A DNA stretch of 64,000 nucleotides from a virus: positions 1 through 64,000 of the IMG/VR virus record IMGVR_UViG_3300020159_002453. One strand, written 5' to 3'. The notes beneath the pieces are model-generated. The model was not told where the DNA came from and searched no databases. It saw only the letters and a program-made list of their open reading frames with translations. This document shows, piece by piece, positions 29,803 through 39,627 of this stretch (within the stretch, counting starts at the first letter, position 1; each line of letters begins with the position of its first letter). A program made the translations under genes and the position numbers.

Positions 29803-30876
29803 TTATATCACCTCACTTGTTATTGGCTGCGGGGTAAAACCATAACCAGCTTCATTGTATATAATAATATACATCTCCCCTGGAATTTGTACGGTAGGGT
29901 ATATTACAGTGACCTTATTATCAGAACTAATGCTATAATCTAATACCGGGGTTACATTGTATAAAGTAGGGTAATGAGCAGATAAGCTATTGGATAATGC
30001 AAAGGTAGATACTGTAACTGTATTTGTAAACATACCTGGACTACCGCTTACGTAAACAGCGTTAGTATAATTTAGCATTTCTCCAAACACGTCTGCAGTA
30101 CCTGTTAACCCTATTGTAGTGAGTTCCCGAGAGGTAAATACTGGCTGCGGACGAGCCGAAATAGTAAATGATTCAGTTAATTCAGGGTTAGTTAAGTAGT
30201 CGATGTTTTGAAGAGTGGGCGTGCCAGATACAGGGTTAAAGTTAGTATCAATTTTAAATATTCTACCGACTGGGTTAGCGTCGTATTTAAAGATCCATCC
30301 CTTTATAGTGAAGGTTGTGTCACATAGTACCCGAGCAGTCTGATTGGATTGCTGCTCTATAGGATAAGTCATAGCTAAGTTACCGCTCCATAATACCTCA
30401 GAACGAATCTCTACCCCGGGCATTCCTTCTCTAGTCCACGAAATAATAAAATACGGGTCACTGTACGGAACAAAGTTACTTAAAATCTGATCCATATCAG
30501 ATTGAAACTTAGTTAATATAGAAACAGAAACTTCTATATTGATTGGTACTGGCTGTAAATTATGTTCTGAAGAAGAACTGTTATATGCAGCATTACTACC
30601 ACTGTTCCAGTATTGACCGTACAGCTTATTAAAAACTCGAGATTGATCTCTACTAATAGAAGTAATCCAGAACGCTACCGCTGGTAAAGTAATATGTTGT
30701 GCTTTATTAACTAAGTCATGTAACACTCTTTGTTTAGGTGAGTACACATAACGCACACCAAACGTTGCTCCAGCTGTTCTTTCGTTAGTGTACCGTTTTA
30801 CGATAGCACCATCAAAGGCTTGGAGAAATTGTGTTAATAAATCCTTAACTTCCCAATGGTATGTGTATTTCTGCAC
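29803..30876 (-). CDS. Tail sheath stabiliser / tail terminator, T4 gp15-like
   Basis: YSPKQR, TLPA, SRD.SR..NK, PVPINI, DMDQIL, FTIKGW. Confidence 0.85.
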   Translation of the reverse strand: MQKYTYHWEVKDLLTQFLQAFDGAIVKRYTNERTAGATFGVRYVYSPKQRVLHDLVNKAQHITLPAVAFWITSISRDQSRVFNKLYGQYWNSGSNAAYNSSSSEHNLQPVPINIEVSVSILTKFQSDMDQILSNFVPYSDPYFIISWTREGMPGVEIRSEVLWSGNLAMTYPIEQQSNQTARVLCDTTFTIKGWIFKYDANPVGRIFKIDTNFNPVSGTPTLQNIDYLTNPELTESFTISARPQPVFTSRELTTIGLTGTADVFGEMLNYTNAVYVSGSPGMFTNTVTVSTFALSNSLSAHYPTLYNVTPVLDYSISSDNKVTVIYPTVQIPGEMYIIIYNEAGYGFTPQPITSEVI

Positions 30877-30884
30877 CCATATAC

Positions 30885-32492
30885 TTACACGATACGGTCT
30901 AAAAAGTGTTTAGGTAAGATCCTTCTATTATCTACAATAGTCTTAAGAGATAAACCATCTAGAAGATACGTTACACTTTCATCTTCAGCACTACGGGTAC
31001 ATCTACCGCAAGCTTGGATGAGAGCAATAAACATGCGCATTTTGTACCAACTTGGATCCTCATCAAAGAGCTTCTTTACTCTCTTACTTGCTAAAGACGG
31101 ATATGGTAACTTAATAACTATCTGCCACTTGCCAAGATCTCCTTTAAGATCGAGACCCATGGTAAGTGAGGGGCTAACTAATACCGTGTCGTCTTTACGG
31201 ATACTGTGCTCGGTAATAATATTCTCGTTGGTAGTGCCTTCCTCTCTGAACAAATAGCGTTTACCGTTAAGCACCCGTTGGGAGGCTTGAGTAATAGCAA
31301 AAGAGTGGGTATGAATAATACCTTTCTCACTTTGATGGGTATCAGCTAAAGTTTTTGCAATCTTAAGTACCTCGGGTAGATTCTTATCCATTGTTTTATA
31401 GTTAAGCGGAAACTTACTATGACAATAAATCGGGCTCTTCTTAGAGTCAAACGTGGATTCAATCTCTACATATTCAAAGTTCTCAATACCGAGAGTCTTA
31501 GCAAATATATTACGATCAACAATGGTTGCACTCATTAGCACAACCGTATCAGCAAAGTCAAACAAACAGTTACTAAGACGGTCAATCTTTAAAGGGGTGA
31601 ATGTCGCCTTGTCCCCGTCTTTCTCTATGATATACTGAGTTTTATCCCAGTTATCAATAGTGTAGTTAATAGACTCGTAAAGGTCTTTACGGTACTGCTG
31701 CTTAATAAGCTCCATCTTGTTATTCTCGTAACGACTACGACCTGAATACGTATCAATCGCATCCTTTACGCTTGTGGATAGATCGGTAAGCCAACCTAAA
31801 GCTTTAGCTGGTAGCTCGGTCATAAGCTTAGGGGATACAATGTTATTAACAGCTAGTTTACGGTAATCAATTACCGTGGAGAAATTCTTTACAATCTCGT
31901 CTTCAAGTTCAGAACATTCATCTGCAACAATAAATTGACGTCGTTTAAGGTGGTCAGGTAAATTAAAAAACGAAGCGTAATTAAGTACAGTGAAGCGCTC
32001 GGTTAATGCGCTATTACGATCTTCATAATAAGGGCAACGGTGCTCGTCCCAGCACTTCTTTTTCTGTCCGTGTGCAATTACACAAGGTGCATGATCAACC
32101 GTAAAGCTGTCATCTATATCACACTGATAATTTGACTTACCTTTAAATACAGACGATTCATTAAAAAGCTGTTTATACTGATTTTGCAATGCCTTGGTAG
32201 TAGTGAGTGCAAACAAACCATGGGGTTTAAACTTCGCCATTGCTCCTTCATAATCTTCATCGTAAGCATGGTAATTAAAAACAAGATTGCGATACTCAGT
32301 CTCGCACTCATTCGTTACATTAGACAAAGTCTTGCTAATAAAAGACTTACCAGACCCGGTCGGTGCTTGCACAATAATATACTTAACTCCTTTATTGATA
32401 GCATTTTCAATATCTTGGAGGCCTTTAACCTGATGCGGACGAGGGGTATACCCTTCAGGGAAGTATTCGATCAGAGGCTTTTTAAGTACCAT
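30885..32492 (-). CDS. DinG/XPD-family SF2 helicase
   Basis: PRPHQ, QAPTGSGKS, four Cys cluster, DECS, MSAT, GLDLKGD, KLPYP, QACGRCTR. Confidence 0.88.
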   Translation of the reverse strand: MVLKKPLIEYFPEGYTPRPHQVKGLQDIENAINKGVKYIIVQAPTGSGKSFISKTLSNVTNECETEYRNLVFNYHAYDEDYEGAMAKFKPHGLFALTTTKALQNQYKQLFNESSVFKGKSNYQCDIDDSFTVDHAPCVIAHGQKKKCWDEHRCPYYEDRNSALTERFTVLNYASFFNLPDHLKRRQFIVADECSELEDEIVKNFSTVIDYRKLAVNNIVSPKLMTELPAKALGWLTDLSTSVKDAIDTYSGRSRYENNKMELIKQQYRKDLYESINYTIDNWDKTQYIIEKDGDKATFTPLKIDRLSNCLFDFADTVVLMSATIVDRNIFAKTLGIENFEYVEIESTFDSKKSPIYCHSKFPLNYKTMDKNLPEVLKIAKTLADTHQSEKGIIHTHSFAITQASQRVLNGKRYLFREEGTTNENIITEHSIRKDDTVLVSPSLTMGLDLKGDLGKWQIVIKLPYPSLASKRVKKLFDEDPSWYKMRMFIALIQACGRCTRSAEDESVTYLLDGLSLKTIVDNRRILPKHFLDRIV

Positions 32493-32517
32493 TACATAAT
32501 GATAGCTTAAAACCTTA

Positions 32518-32853
32518 TTAGTTCAATGATGAAATCGTAAGAGTTGTATTATAAAACTTGCAATTTTTAACCTTAGTGACAGTTTTGAGATTAAATAGTA
32601 ACTCTTCATCGTGCTCGGCAAGTGTTTCAAAAGTGTAATCAAATACAAGCTTGCTGTTCTCAGCTCTAATTGCGTACGGGAAAGGTATTTCAAATGTCTC
32701 TCTCTTTCTTTCGGTGTGCACAATTAAAGAAATGTAACAACCGGATAACTTAAAGTTAATAAGCTTACCTCTTTTAAAAGGCTTATTTTTAAGAGTGAGT
32801 TGTACGTCTTTCTGGAAATACGCTTTAAGATTCTCGTCAAGTGGGAGTAACAT
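32518..32853 (-). CDS. Hypothetical protein
   Basis: Tightly packed in minus-strand operon. Confidence 0.6.
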   Translation of the reverse strand: MLLPLDENLKAYFQKDVQLTLKNKPFKRGKLINFKLSGCYISLIVHTERKRETFEIPFPYAIRAENSKLVFDYTFETLAEHDEELLFNLKTVTKVKNCKFYNTTLTISSLN

Positions 32854-32854
32854 T

Positions 32855-33238
32855 TTATTTATCCATAAACAACATTTTGTCGGTTGTGGACATCTTACTT
32901 AATACCTCACTGAAATATTTCCAGAACTCGTCAGGCGGTGTGGTGGGTACAACACTAATTACATCAGCTGTATTGGCGGGTACCAATCTATAGTCTTGCA
33001 TAAATATGTCCCATGTAAGGACTAATCCCTTTTGAGCCGGGTTAAAATCTAGACGGCCTGTAGCGGGTCTAAAGTTTAATGCTGTTCTACCTGCAGCACT
33101 ATTTAATAATAACAAATCGTTAGTTGCAAACATACGTCTAAATGCAGGTTCACCTGCAACAGGGCGACGCCGTAGAAACTTAATTTCTACGGCGTTCTTG
33201 GACATTAATGCTGCTAACGATGATTGGGATAATTTCAT
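32855..33238 (-). CDS. Hypothetical protein, possibly SH3/WYL-like fold
   Basis: VEIKF.R...RRM.AT...WD....YR pattern; operon context. Confidence 0.45.
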   Translation of the reverse strand: MKLSQSSLAALMSKNAVEIKFLRRRPVAGEPAFRRMFATNDLLLLNSAAGRTALNFRPATGRLDFNPAQKGLVLTWDIFMQDYRLVPANTADVISVVPTTPPDEFWKYFSEVLSKMSTTDKMLFMDK

Positions 33239-33699
33239 TGCTCTGGCTCTGCGACTCCGAAAATTCTATCTTCGTTTAAGAATACGATATTCTTAAGATT
33301 ATTTATGTTGTTAGCTTTAAGACCAAACGTACTTGGAAAAATAACGTGTTGACCAACTTTAACTTTAGAACGAGGGCCGGCGAGTAATACTTTCGCTACT
33401 CTCCATGCTTGTTGAGCGGTATGAATAGGCATCCAAATACCACCTCTCATAATTTCGGTACCATCTGCACTAACATCAACAAATTGACACATTAAAATGT
33501 CATCAAGCACTTGAGTTAACTTCCAACCAGTAAGATTTAAATCGCTCCCGGTATAATCCTCGAGACGTACCATGCCTTTAGTATTATCAGTATCAATTTG
33601 CTCATTAGCTTGGAGTGCTTGCTCCCGGTCTTTTGCACTAAAGTCCTTAGTTGCGTATTCAATTGCTGCTTGTGCTTTGGCTCTTGGTGAGTTTTTCAT
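33235..33699 (-). CDS. GroES-like co-chaperonin
   Basis: VLDDILM, RGGIWMP, AKVLLAGP, VKVGQHVIF, FLNEDRIFGV. Confidence 0.8.
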   Translation of the reverse strand: MKNSPRAKAQAAIEYATKDFSAKDREQALQANEQIDTDNTKGMVRLEDYTGSDLNLTGWKLTQVLDDILMCQFVDVSADGTEIMRGGIWMPIHTAQQAWRVAKVLLAGPRSKVKVGQHVIFPSTFGLKANNINNLKNIVFLNEDRIFGVAEPEQ

Positions 33700-34072
33700 T
33701 TGGTAATTCTAGGTTAAATTGCTCTATGTAATCATTTACCTCTCTCATCGAGAGTTCAAGTGTGTTAGCTACCTTTCTAACTGTGTCCTTTTGGGTAGTA
33801 TTCTTATCCGTATCTTTCTTCTTCTTAATGTAGTTCAACCGTTTAAACTTGCATGCAGGTATAACTCCATGCAAGTAATTAAACCACATCTCGTTATCTG
33901 CTAACGAAGGCCATACCCTATTACTTGTTTGGTTTAAGAGTGTAGCAACTTCAGGAGAGTACATCGAACACCAGCGCTGTATCATGTACGGCTGGAAATC
34001 TTGACTTTCTTTTATATTAACAGTATCAGGTCCTTTAGTTTTGTAAAGGACCTTATTGAGGTAATCAAACAT
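33659..34072 (-). CDS. Clamp loader small subunit, T4 gp62-like
   Basis: FDYLNKV, PYMIQRWCS, A..LN, YIKK, VA..LELS.RE..DY. Confidence 0.8.
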   Translation of the reverse strand: MFDYLNKVLYKTKGPDTVNIKESQDFQPYMIQRWCSMYSPEVATLLNQTSNRVWPSLADNEMWFNYLHGVIPACKFKRLNYIKKKKDTDKNTTQKDTVRKVANTLELSMREVNDYIEQFNLELPNEKLTKSQSTSSN

Positions 34073-34898
34073 TATAATAATTAGCCCTGTAACCTCGGTG
34101 TTGTTTAATAATCCCGCTTTTTTGTAATTTTTTTACGATAGTTCGCACCATAGTTTCTGTTATATTGTATTGTTCTGTAAAATATTCAATTAGTTGTTTA
34201 ATATTAATACTGGGGTTGTCTTGAAGGTAATTTGTAAAATCATTTTGAAACGAAAAATTAAGCGATACATATCTTCTATCGTTAATACCAAACCAGACAT
34301 GCTTAATACTGTTTGACTTAATTAGCATTTTTATTCTACTTCTATTTACAGACGCTGAAACATTTCTATTTAAAATGTGTGGTATATCTACCGCCTTAAA
34401 CCATTTATTAGTACTTAAATATTCTATAATTTTCTTTTTATCTTCATCAAAAATAGTTCGATAAAAAATATTACGACTTTGCTGTATTTTTTGCTTAGTG
34501 GTAATAGAATGTTCTACTAGTCCTTTCACGCCTTTATTGTGTGGCACCTTACCTTTAAGTTTTATACTTATTTTACGAATGGTGTCAGGGTGTAATTTAC
34601 CGTTCTTACCCCCATCTCTTATATTACAAAATTCCCTATTTACAGTAGCGTTAAAGTAAGTAATCCATTCTATTTCAGCGTTATTAAGGTCGTTAATATT
34701 ATTACACTTTTTTAAAATTATACGTTTCCAGTAACCTCTATACTTTTTAGAATAAAATTTACGTAAAAAAATAGTACCTGAACCAATGTACCCGTCTTCA
34801 ATAGATCCTATGTGCTGTCCAATATACTTTTTGTATTTAATTGCCTCAGGGTGTTTGTTTTCCCATAGATATATGAAACCATAATATTCGTCTGCCAT
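34065..34898 (-). CDS. GIY-YIG (Seg-like) homing endonuclease with NUMOD3-like motif
   Basis: GFIYLW...KYIGQH, YIGSG, NIRDGG, H.DT.RKIS..KG.VPHNKG; TATAAATA at 34904-34911. Confidence 0.88.
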   Translation of the reverse strand: MADEYYGFIYLWENKHPEAIKYKKYIGQHIGSIEDGYIGSGTIFLRKFYSKKYRGYWKRIILKKCNNINDLNNAEIEWITYFNATVNREFCNIRDGGKNGKLHPDTIRKISIKLKGKVPHNKGVKGLVEHSITTKQKIQQSRNIFYRTIFDEDKKKIIEYLSTNKWFKAVDIPHILNRNVSASVNRSRIKMLIKSNSIKHVWFGINDRRYVSLNFSFQNDFTNYLQDNPSINIKQLIEYFTEQYNITETMVRTIVKKLQKSGIIKQHRGYRANYYNV

Positions 34899-34937
34899 AT
34901 TAATATTTATAATATGGCAGACGGTATATTTATTAAT

Positions 34938-35519
34938 TTATAAAGATATTTTGCAGGTCGCAATAAAGATATTATCTACCATGCTATAAAACTGCTCATG
35001 TACTTCGGTCTGAAACTTAGCAGCTTGAGATGGGGTAAGATTAGTACTAAATGCAAAAGCAGGTGCATCTTTACCAGCAGTAATATTGATACCGGTATGT
35101 CCAATAGCGACATTATCCTTCGAGTAAGTAATACTCACTGAGGCTTTACCTTTTTGCTGCACAACACCACCTTGAGCATGCTCGGCATGAACCATAATGT
35201 CATCTCCCTTCATCTCAATAGGTTTGTTAATAATCTTTTGCAAGATGCCTGCAATAGAGGTATTAAATAGGCGTTGGAAGCAAACCGCTCCAAATGGATC
35301 AAGATTTGGAATCTCCCAGCAGAAGTTAATCATTGATTCACTATAAATGTAGTCTTTCTCGATAGAATCTTCTAAGTCGATAAGGTTAAGAGTAACCTCA
35401 ACTGGAGCTACAAAAGATACGATATTACCAATAGGTAAAGTCCGGTCTCGGAAGTACTTATAAGCAAAGCGTTTGTGAATAAAAGCCCCGTCGTATGTTT
35501 TTTGATCGTTAATAATCAT
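34938..35519 (-). CDS. DUF366-like protein (biotin/lipoate ligase-like fold)
   Basis: YDG..I...FAY, IVSF, DLED...IYS..M..F..E.P, QRL, GDDI, K.SVSI, HTGINI. Confidence 0.75.
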   Translation of the reverse strand: MIINDQKTYDGAFIHKRFAYKYFRDRTLPIGNIVSFVAPVEVTLNLIDLEDSIEKDYIYSESMINFCWEIPNLDPFGAVCFQRLFNTSIAGILQKIINKPIEMKGDDIMVHAEHAQGGVVQQKGKASVSITYSKDNVAIGHTGINITAGKDAPAFAFSTNLTPSQAAKFQTEVHEQFYSMVDNIFIATCKISL

Positions 35520-35540
35520 ATGTGTATAATAATGTAAAAA

Positions 35541-36221
35541 TTAATATTCTCCACGGTTGTATTTGTTAATAAACCAGTGTTGACCATCTTCCCATTCTTG
35601 GGTAAAGTTTTTAAGTCCAGGGGAACTATGAATCACATCGATACTAGTAGTACCTAGCTTTAATTTAGCTTTGTTGCAAGCTAGACTAAAATCAATGTCA
35701 TAAAAATGAGCAATACAAGGATTGGTCTCGTCAAAAGTAACACCTGCATCTAAAATAGTCTTAATCTTAAATGCTAAAAACAAACCATCTAGTAAGAGTA
35801 CTCTACCAGGTTTACCGAAGTGGGTCTTGTATGTGCTTCTATTAGCGGTATCAACATGAGTAACAGCGCCACTATGAGATTCCCGGTTGCACATTAAGTG
35901 CCACAAACAGGGTTGACGAATAGTTACATCTCTACCACCAGCAAGACCGACTACATCGTAAGACTCTAATGCTTTAACTAATTTAGAAGTCCAATTTCTA
36001 TCTGTAATAACTATATCATCGTGAGCGAGTACAAGTATACCGTCTTCTTTAGAAAGACGCATTATGGTTTCATTATACCGCTTAGGTAAAGGGGTACTAT
36101 TACCATAATAAGGAACAATAGTGTGATTTTTAATACCAACACTATTAAGTATGTTGTACTCACCCTTACTATGTTCAAGATCGTATTGACCGGAATGCTG
36201 GGAGCAAAACGAAACAAACAT
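35541..36221 (-). CDS. GT2-like (GT-A) glycosyltransferase
   Basis: RYN, LAHDD, VVGLAG, LLDGLFLA, FDE, HFYDIDFSL. Confidence 0.8.
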   Translation of the reverse strand: MFVSFCSQHSGQYDLEHSKGEYNILNSVGIKNHTIVPYYGNSTPLPKRYNETIMRLSKEDGILVLAHDDIVITDRNWTSKLVKALESYDVVGLAGGRDVTIRQPCLWHLMCNRESHSGAVTHVDTANRSTYKTHFGKPGRVLLLDGLFLAFKIKTILDAGVTFDETNPCIAHFYDIDFSLACNKAKLKLGTTSIDVIHSSPGLKNFTQEWEDGQHWFINKYNRGEY

Positions 36222-36222
36222 A

Positions 36223-36486
36223 TTAATCAGTAATTACACTATTACGAGGAAGATTAGGAAAAAGCTCTTTAGTGGCTTCAGCCATTTTGGGGTTATCAAA
36301 AACCCCGCCTTCAAATAAATATATATTATATAGTTTTGAATCTTCACTATTTAAGCGTTTAGCAAGATCAATCATTAATTGATTCTGTTTATCGGTCCAT
36401 TCAGCGCAAATATCTGTAACACTAGAAAACAATAAAGCTTCAACTAGTAGTTGCTTTTCTTCAGACGTAAATTGTATACCCTTCAT
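36223..36486 (-). CDS. Hypothetical protein
   Basis: Operon context. Confidence 0.6.
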   Translation of the reverse strand: MKGIQFTSEEKQLLVEALLFSSVTDICAEWTDKQNQLMIDLAKRLNSEDSKLYNIYLFEGGVFDNPKMAEATKELFPNLPRNSVITD

Positions 36487-36525
36487 ATTTGTGAAGAGTA
36501 TAAGATTTATTTTTAATAAATCTAC

Positions 36526-36858
36526 TTAATTTTTAGTATAATGTATAAAGATAGAGGTAAGACTGGTAATAAAAGCAACAATTATAGCTGATCTATACTG
36601 CCAAGGCATATCTTCTTTATTACTATGTTGTGCTTTGCAAGCTGCAACTTTAGCATGTAAGCTGTCTAGTTCTTGAGTCAAAGTATGTTCTATATTTTCA
36701 ACTTTACCACTTATACTAGCAACCTGTTGTATTAAACTTGGTTGTCCATTACCATCCCGTACCAGTTTACTTAATATGTGTAACTCGTTTTTTACGTTAA
36801 CTATATCCCGATTGATATAATCTATAGCAGAATTTCTATCGGTTGCTGTTTTTGCCAT
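36526..36858 (-). CDS. Coiled-coil protein with one C-terminal TM helix (holin/haemolysin-like)
   Basis: GNGQPSL..V, heptads, terminal AIIVAFITSLTSIFI; TAAGTA at 36865-36870. Confidence 0.45.
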   Translation of the reverse strand: MAKTATDRNSAIDYINRDIVNVKNELHILSKLVRDGNGQPSLIQQVASISGKVENIEHTLTQELDSLHAKVAACKAQHSNKEDMPWQYRSAIIVAFITSLTSIFIHYTKN

Positions 36859-36867
36859 ACCTCATAC

Positions 36868-37521
36868 TTACAATATAAAGTATGGGGATTTGGACTCTAT
36901 TTTTACTGGTAAATCTACTAGCTTGCCATCAGATAAAGTATATACAGTATTTTCCTCTAATAATTTACTACCTTCAAACTCAGTAGAAGAAAAGTCCCCG
37001 GTATCGGTGTTAGCATACAAAGTACACGAGTTACGAGCCAAGTATATTGTGTTGTATACTTCGTCATAAGCCCAAATTGCGAAAGTACCTTCAATTTTAC
37101 TTAAACCTGCAGTTAAACCAAACTTATGTATTAATCGAGGTATAATACAGCTATCAGTAGCCCCGGTAAAATCTTCTTCAAGAAAGTGTTCTTTAGCAAG
37201 TTTTTCAAAATTACTCACAATACCGTTATGAGCTACAATCCAATTTTTATACTGAAACGGGTGATTGTGGGCAGGATTAAATTGTTTTGTTTCTACAGTC
37301 GGTCCCCGAGAATGATATAGAGTATACTGTATAGGGGTTGAATACTCAGGAAACTCCGGCTCATGGTGATTAAATGTACCAAGTGTTTTACTTACCTCTA
37401 TGTAGTTTTGACCCCAACCCCCTACGGTCATTAATCCAGTACTATAACTACCTCGAACCAAATTACTTTGATATAATTTAAACGCTCTCTTAGAATTAGT
37501 AGATCCCGCTATGCCGCACAT
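36868..37521 (-). CDS. Class II (Ntn) glutamine amidotransferase, stand-alone
   Basis: N-terminal MCGIAG, HSR.PT, HPF, AHNGIV, TDS, LARN; directly after queC. Confidence 0.9.
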   Translation of the reverse strand: MCGIAGSTNSKRAFKLYQSNLVRGSYSTGLMTVGGWGQNYIEVSKTLGTFNHHEPEFPEYSTPIQYTLYHSRGPTVETKQFNPAHNHPFQYKNWIVAHNGIVSNFEKLAKEHFLEEDFTGATDSCIIPRLIHKFGLTAGLSKIEGTFAIWAYDEVYNTIYLARNSCTLYANTDTGDFSSTEFEGSKLLEENTVYTLSDGKLVDLPVKIESKSPYFIL

Positions 37522-37524
37522 ATA

Positions 37525-38244
37525 TTAAAGGTATGTAAGTTCTTTGCAGTTATACTTTGACCACGGTATATCTTTGGAGTATCCAATAGGATCAATAGTC
37601 TTATTGTCGATAAAGGCTTTAATACGAGCTGAACACGATACACACTCTCCGCATGCTGGATCGGTACCTTCATAACAGGTGTGAGTTTGTCTAAAGTCTA
37701 CTTGTAGATCAATGCCTTTCTTGACGACAAGGTCTTTAGAATAAGACATAAACGGTGCATTAACCTTAATCGTATTCTTACGATTTAAGTTGTACACATC
37801 GTTAACCTTATTCAGAAAAAGAGACGTACAATCCCAATAACCGGAGAAGTCATCAGTTTGTACAGCACCGTAGTGTAGATCGCTTGCGCCAATGCTTTCA
37901 GCCCATCCAGCTGCGGTCGTAAGTAATAATAGATTTCTAAAGGGTACATAGCTTAAAGGTTGTGCGTTGCCGATATCATCCCGGGCTTTTGGAATAGCAA
38001 GGTTGGTGTTAGTTAGTGCAGACATTGTAGAGATGTCTCTAAAGAAATCCATATTAACAATCTTATGTTCTTTCACTTTGCATACTTTAGCTTGGTACTT
38101 AGCGCATTCAATCTCCCGTACAATGCGTTGACCATAATTAAAGGTAATAGCGTAAATCTCATCGTAATTGAGTTCTTTTGCTACATAATGAAGTAATATA
38201 GAGCTATCCATACCGCCTGATAGGATTACGAGTGCTTTTGACAT
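37525..38244 (-). CDS. queC: 7-cyano-7-deazaguanine synthase
   Basis: SGGMDS, FNYGQR, VPFRN, SGYWDC, CYEG...CGECVSC. Confidence 0.95.
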   Translation of the reverse strand: MSKALVILSGGMDSSILLHYVAKELNYDEIYAITFNYGQRIVREIECAKYQAKVCKVKEHKIVNMDFFRDISTMSALTNTNLAIPKARDDIGNAQPLSYVPFRNLLLLTTAAGWAESIGASDLHYGAVQTDDFSGYWDCTSLFLNKVNDVYNLNRKNTIKVNAPFMSYSKDLVVKKGIDLQVDFRQTHTCYEGTDPACGECVSCSARIKAFIDNKTIDPIGYSKDIPWSKYNCKELTYL

Positions 38245-38303
38245 AAAGGTATTTTAGGGTATAAACGAGAAAACTCAATTAGATTTAATAAATAATAGTA
38301 CAT

Positions 38304-38957
38304 ATGTCTAAGTTTGCAAACACATTTTTTAAATCCCTTAATGAAGAAATCGAGAAAGAAGGCAACGCTTTTACAAAAGGTCTCGCTAAAACTCCAAAGG
38401 GCGGTAAGTTTAAAGTCGGCGACAAAGAGGTTACAGATACCAGCAGTTACGATAATAAGGAAGTGTCTGAAGATAAACAACTACAGTTTAAGCTTAAAAA
38501 TAAAAAACCAAAGCAATTAAAGTTTAAACTTAAAGAAAATCTCGATATGGAAGCTGCCCCAGTTGCTTCATCTCCTGAGAATGCACCTGATGAAGATCCA
38601 GAAGGGTATGCTGCAGCTTACCAAAAGACCCTCGATAAAGGTACCGACCCAAAAGCTTTCGATACTCCAGATAATCCACAATTAGAGGTTGATGCATCTG
38701 GTATTGAAGCTTGCAAAAGATGGATTGAAGAGCTTAAAAAAATGGCAGATTTTGTTAATGGCACCAATACAGACAGTCTTAACTCTCAAATCAATCAACT
38801 CGAATTAAAGAACTCTGTACCCTTCCGTGGTCTAGTTCGTCGTGAAGAAAAACGTATCGTCAAAGTTGCGGAGAATCTTAGCGGTCTAATTCAAGTATTC
38901 CAAGGTGTAATCAACAGCTCTGAAAAGAAAATTAAAGATGCTTCTGCGCCACGTTAA
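38304..38957 (+). CDS. Hypothetical protein, probable internal head protein
   Basis: MSKF...SLNEE N-terminus; LKE site; TAAATA at 38289-38294. Confidence 0.55.
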   Translation: MSKFANTFFKSLNEEIEKEGNAFTKGLAKTPKGGKFKVGDKEVTDTSSYDNKEVSEDKQLQFKLKNKKPKQLKFKLKENLDMEAAPVASSPENAPDEDPEGYAAAYQKTLDKGTDPKAFDTPDNPQLEVDASGIEACKRWIEELKKMADFVNGTNTDSLNSQINQLELKNSVPFRGLVRREEKRIVKVAENLSGLIQVFQGVINSSEKKIKDASAPR

Positions 38958-39627
38958 TTTCGTTTAATTCTTTAATAGCTTTAAACGTCTCGGGAAATAA
39001 TAGCTCGAGACGTTTTTTTATGTCCAGAGCTATGTCTCTGTGTTCTTTTTGGGTTTCAACCGAACAACGAAGATCCAAATAATGAATCCAGCTACGTAGT
39101 GTGCCAGTCATGTAAATAGTGGTGCTAGTATTAAGCGGTAGGATCATTCGCGCACATTCTTTAGCAATACCGTTCTGAATAAGTGTGTCGTATGTACCTT
39201 TAATAAGTTTCTGTAAATTAAATACCGTACTCTTAAGATGGTTTTCAAGCTCTATTGGTTCGTCACCAACTTGGCGATTAGTTTTACCTTGCATACGCCA
39301 TTCAATCTCTTCCAACTCGGTTACTTCAGCATAGCGCTGACTAAACTCTTGAAAAGTAAATGAACGATGGCGTAAAATTTGAGCCGCAATCGCTCTAGAA
39401 GTCTTAATCTCAAACGTACATGATACATGTTCAAAAGGGCTATAATGCTTATGTTTAATGAGATAACGGAGAAGCTTGTGGCCTGTCTCAACGTTCATTT
39501 GATTAGCCGGATTACTGACCCGAGCTATATACACAATAAATTCTTCAGGGCTAAGAGCGCTGTATTCCCGGCCAATACTCGTCGCCACAATTTGAGTGCC
39601 CGTGTAAGCTATTAATTTAGTTTGCAT
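38932..39627 (-). CDS. thyX: Flavin-dependent thymidylate synthase
   Basis: HYSPFE, QILRHRSFTFQEFSQRY, ECARMILP, RSWIHY, QKEH. Confidence 0.96.
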   Translation of the reverse strand: MQTKLIAYTGTQIVATSIGREYSALSPEEFIVYIARVSNPANQMNVETGHKLLRYLIKHKHYSPFEHVSCTFEIKTSRAIAAQILRHRSFTFQEFSQRYAEVTELEEIEWRMQGKTNRQVGDEPIELENHLKSTVFNLQKLIKGTYDTLIQNGIAKECARMILPLNTSTTIYMTGTLRSWIHYLDLRCSVETQKEHRDIALDIKKRLELLFPETFKAIKELNEINVAQKHL

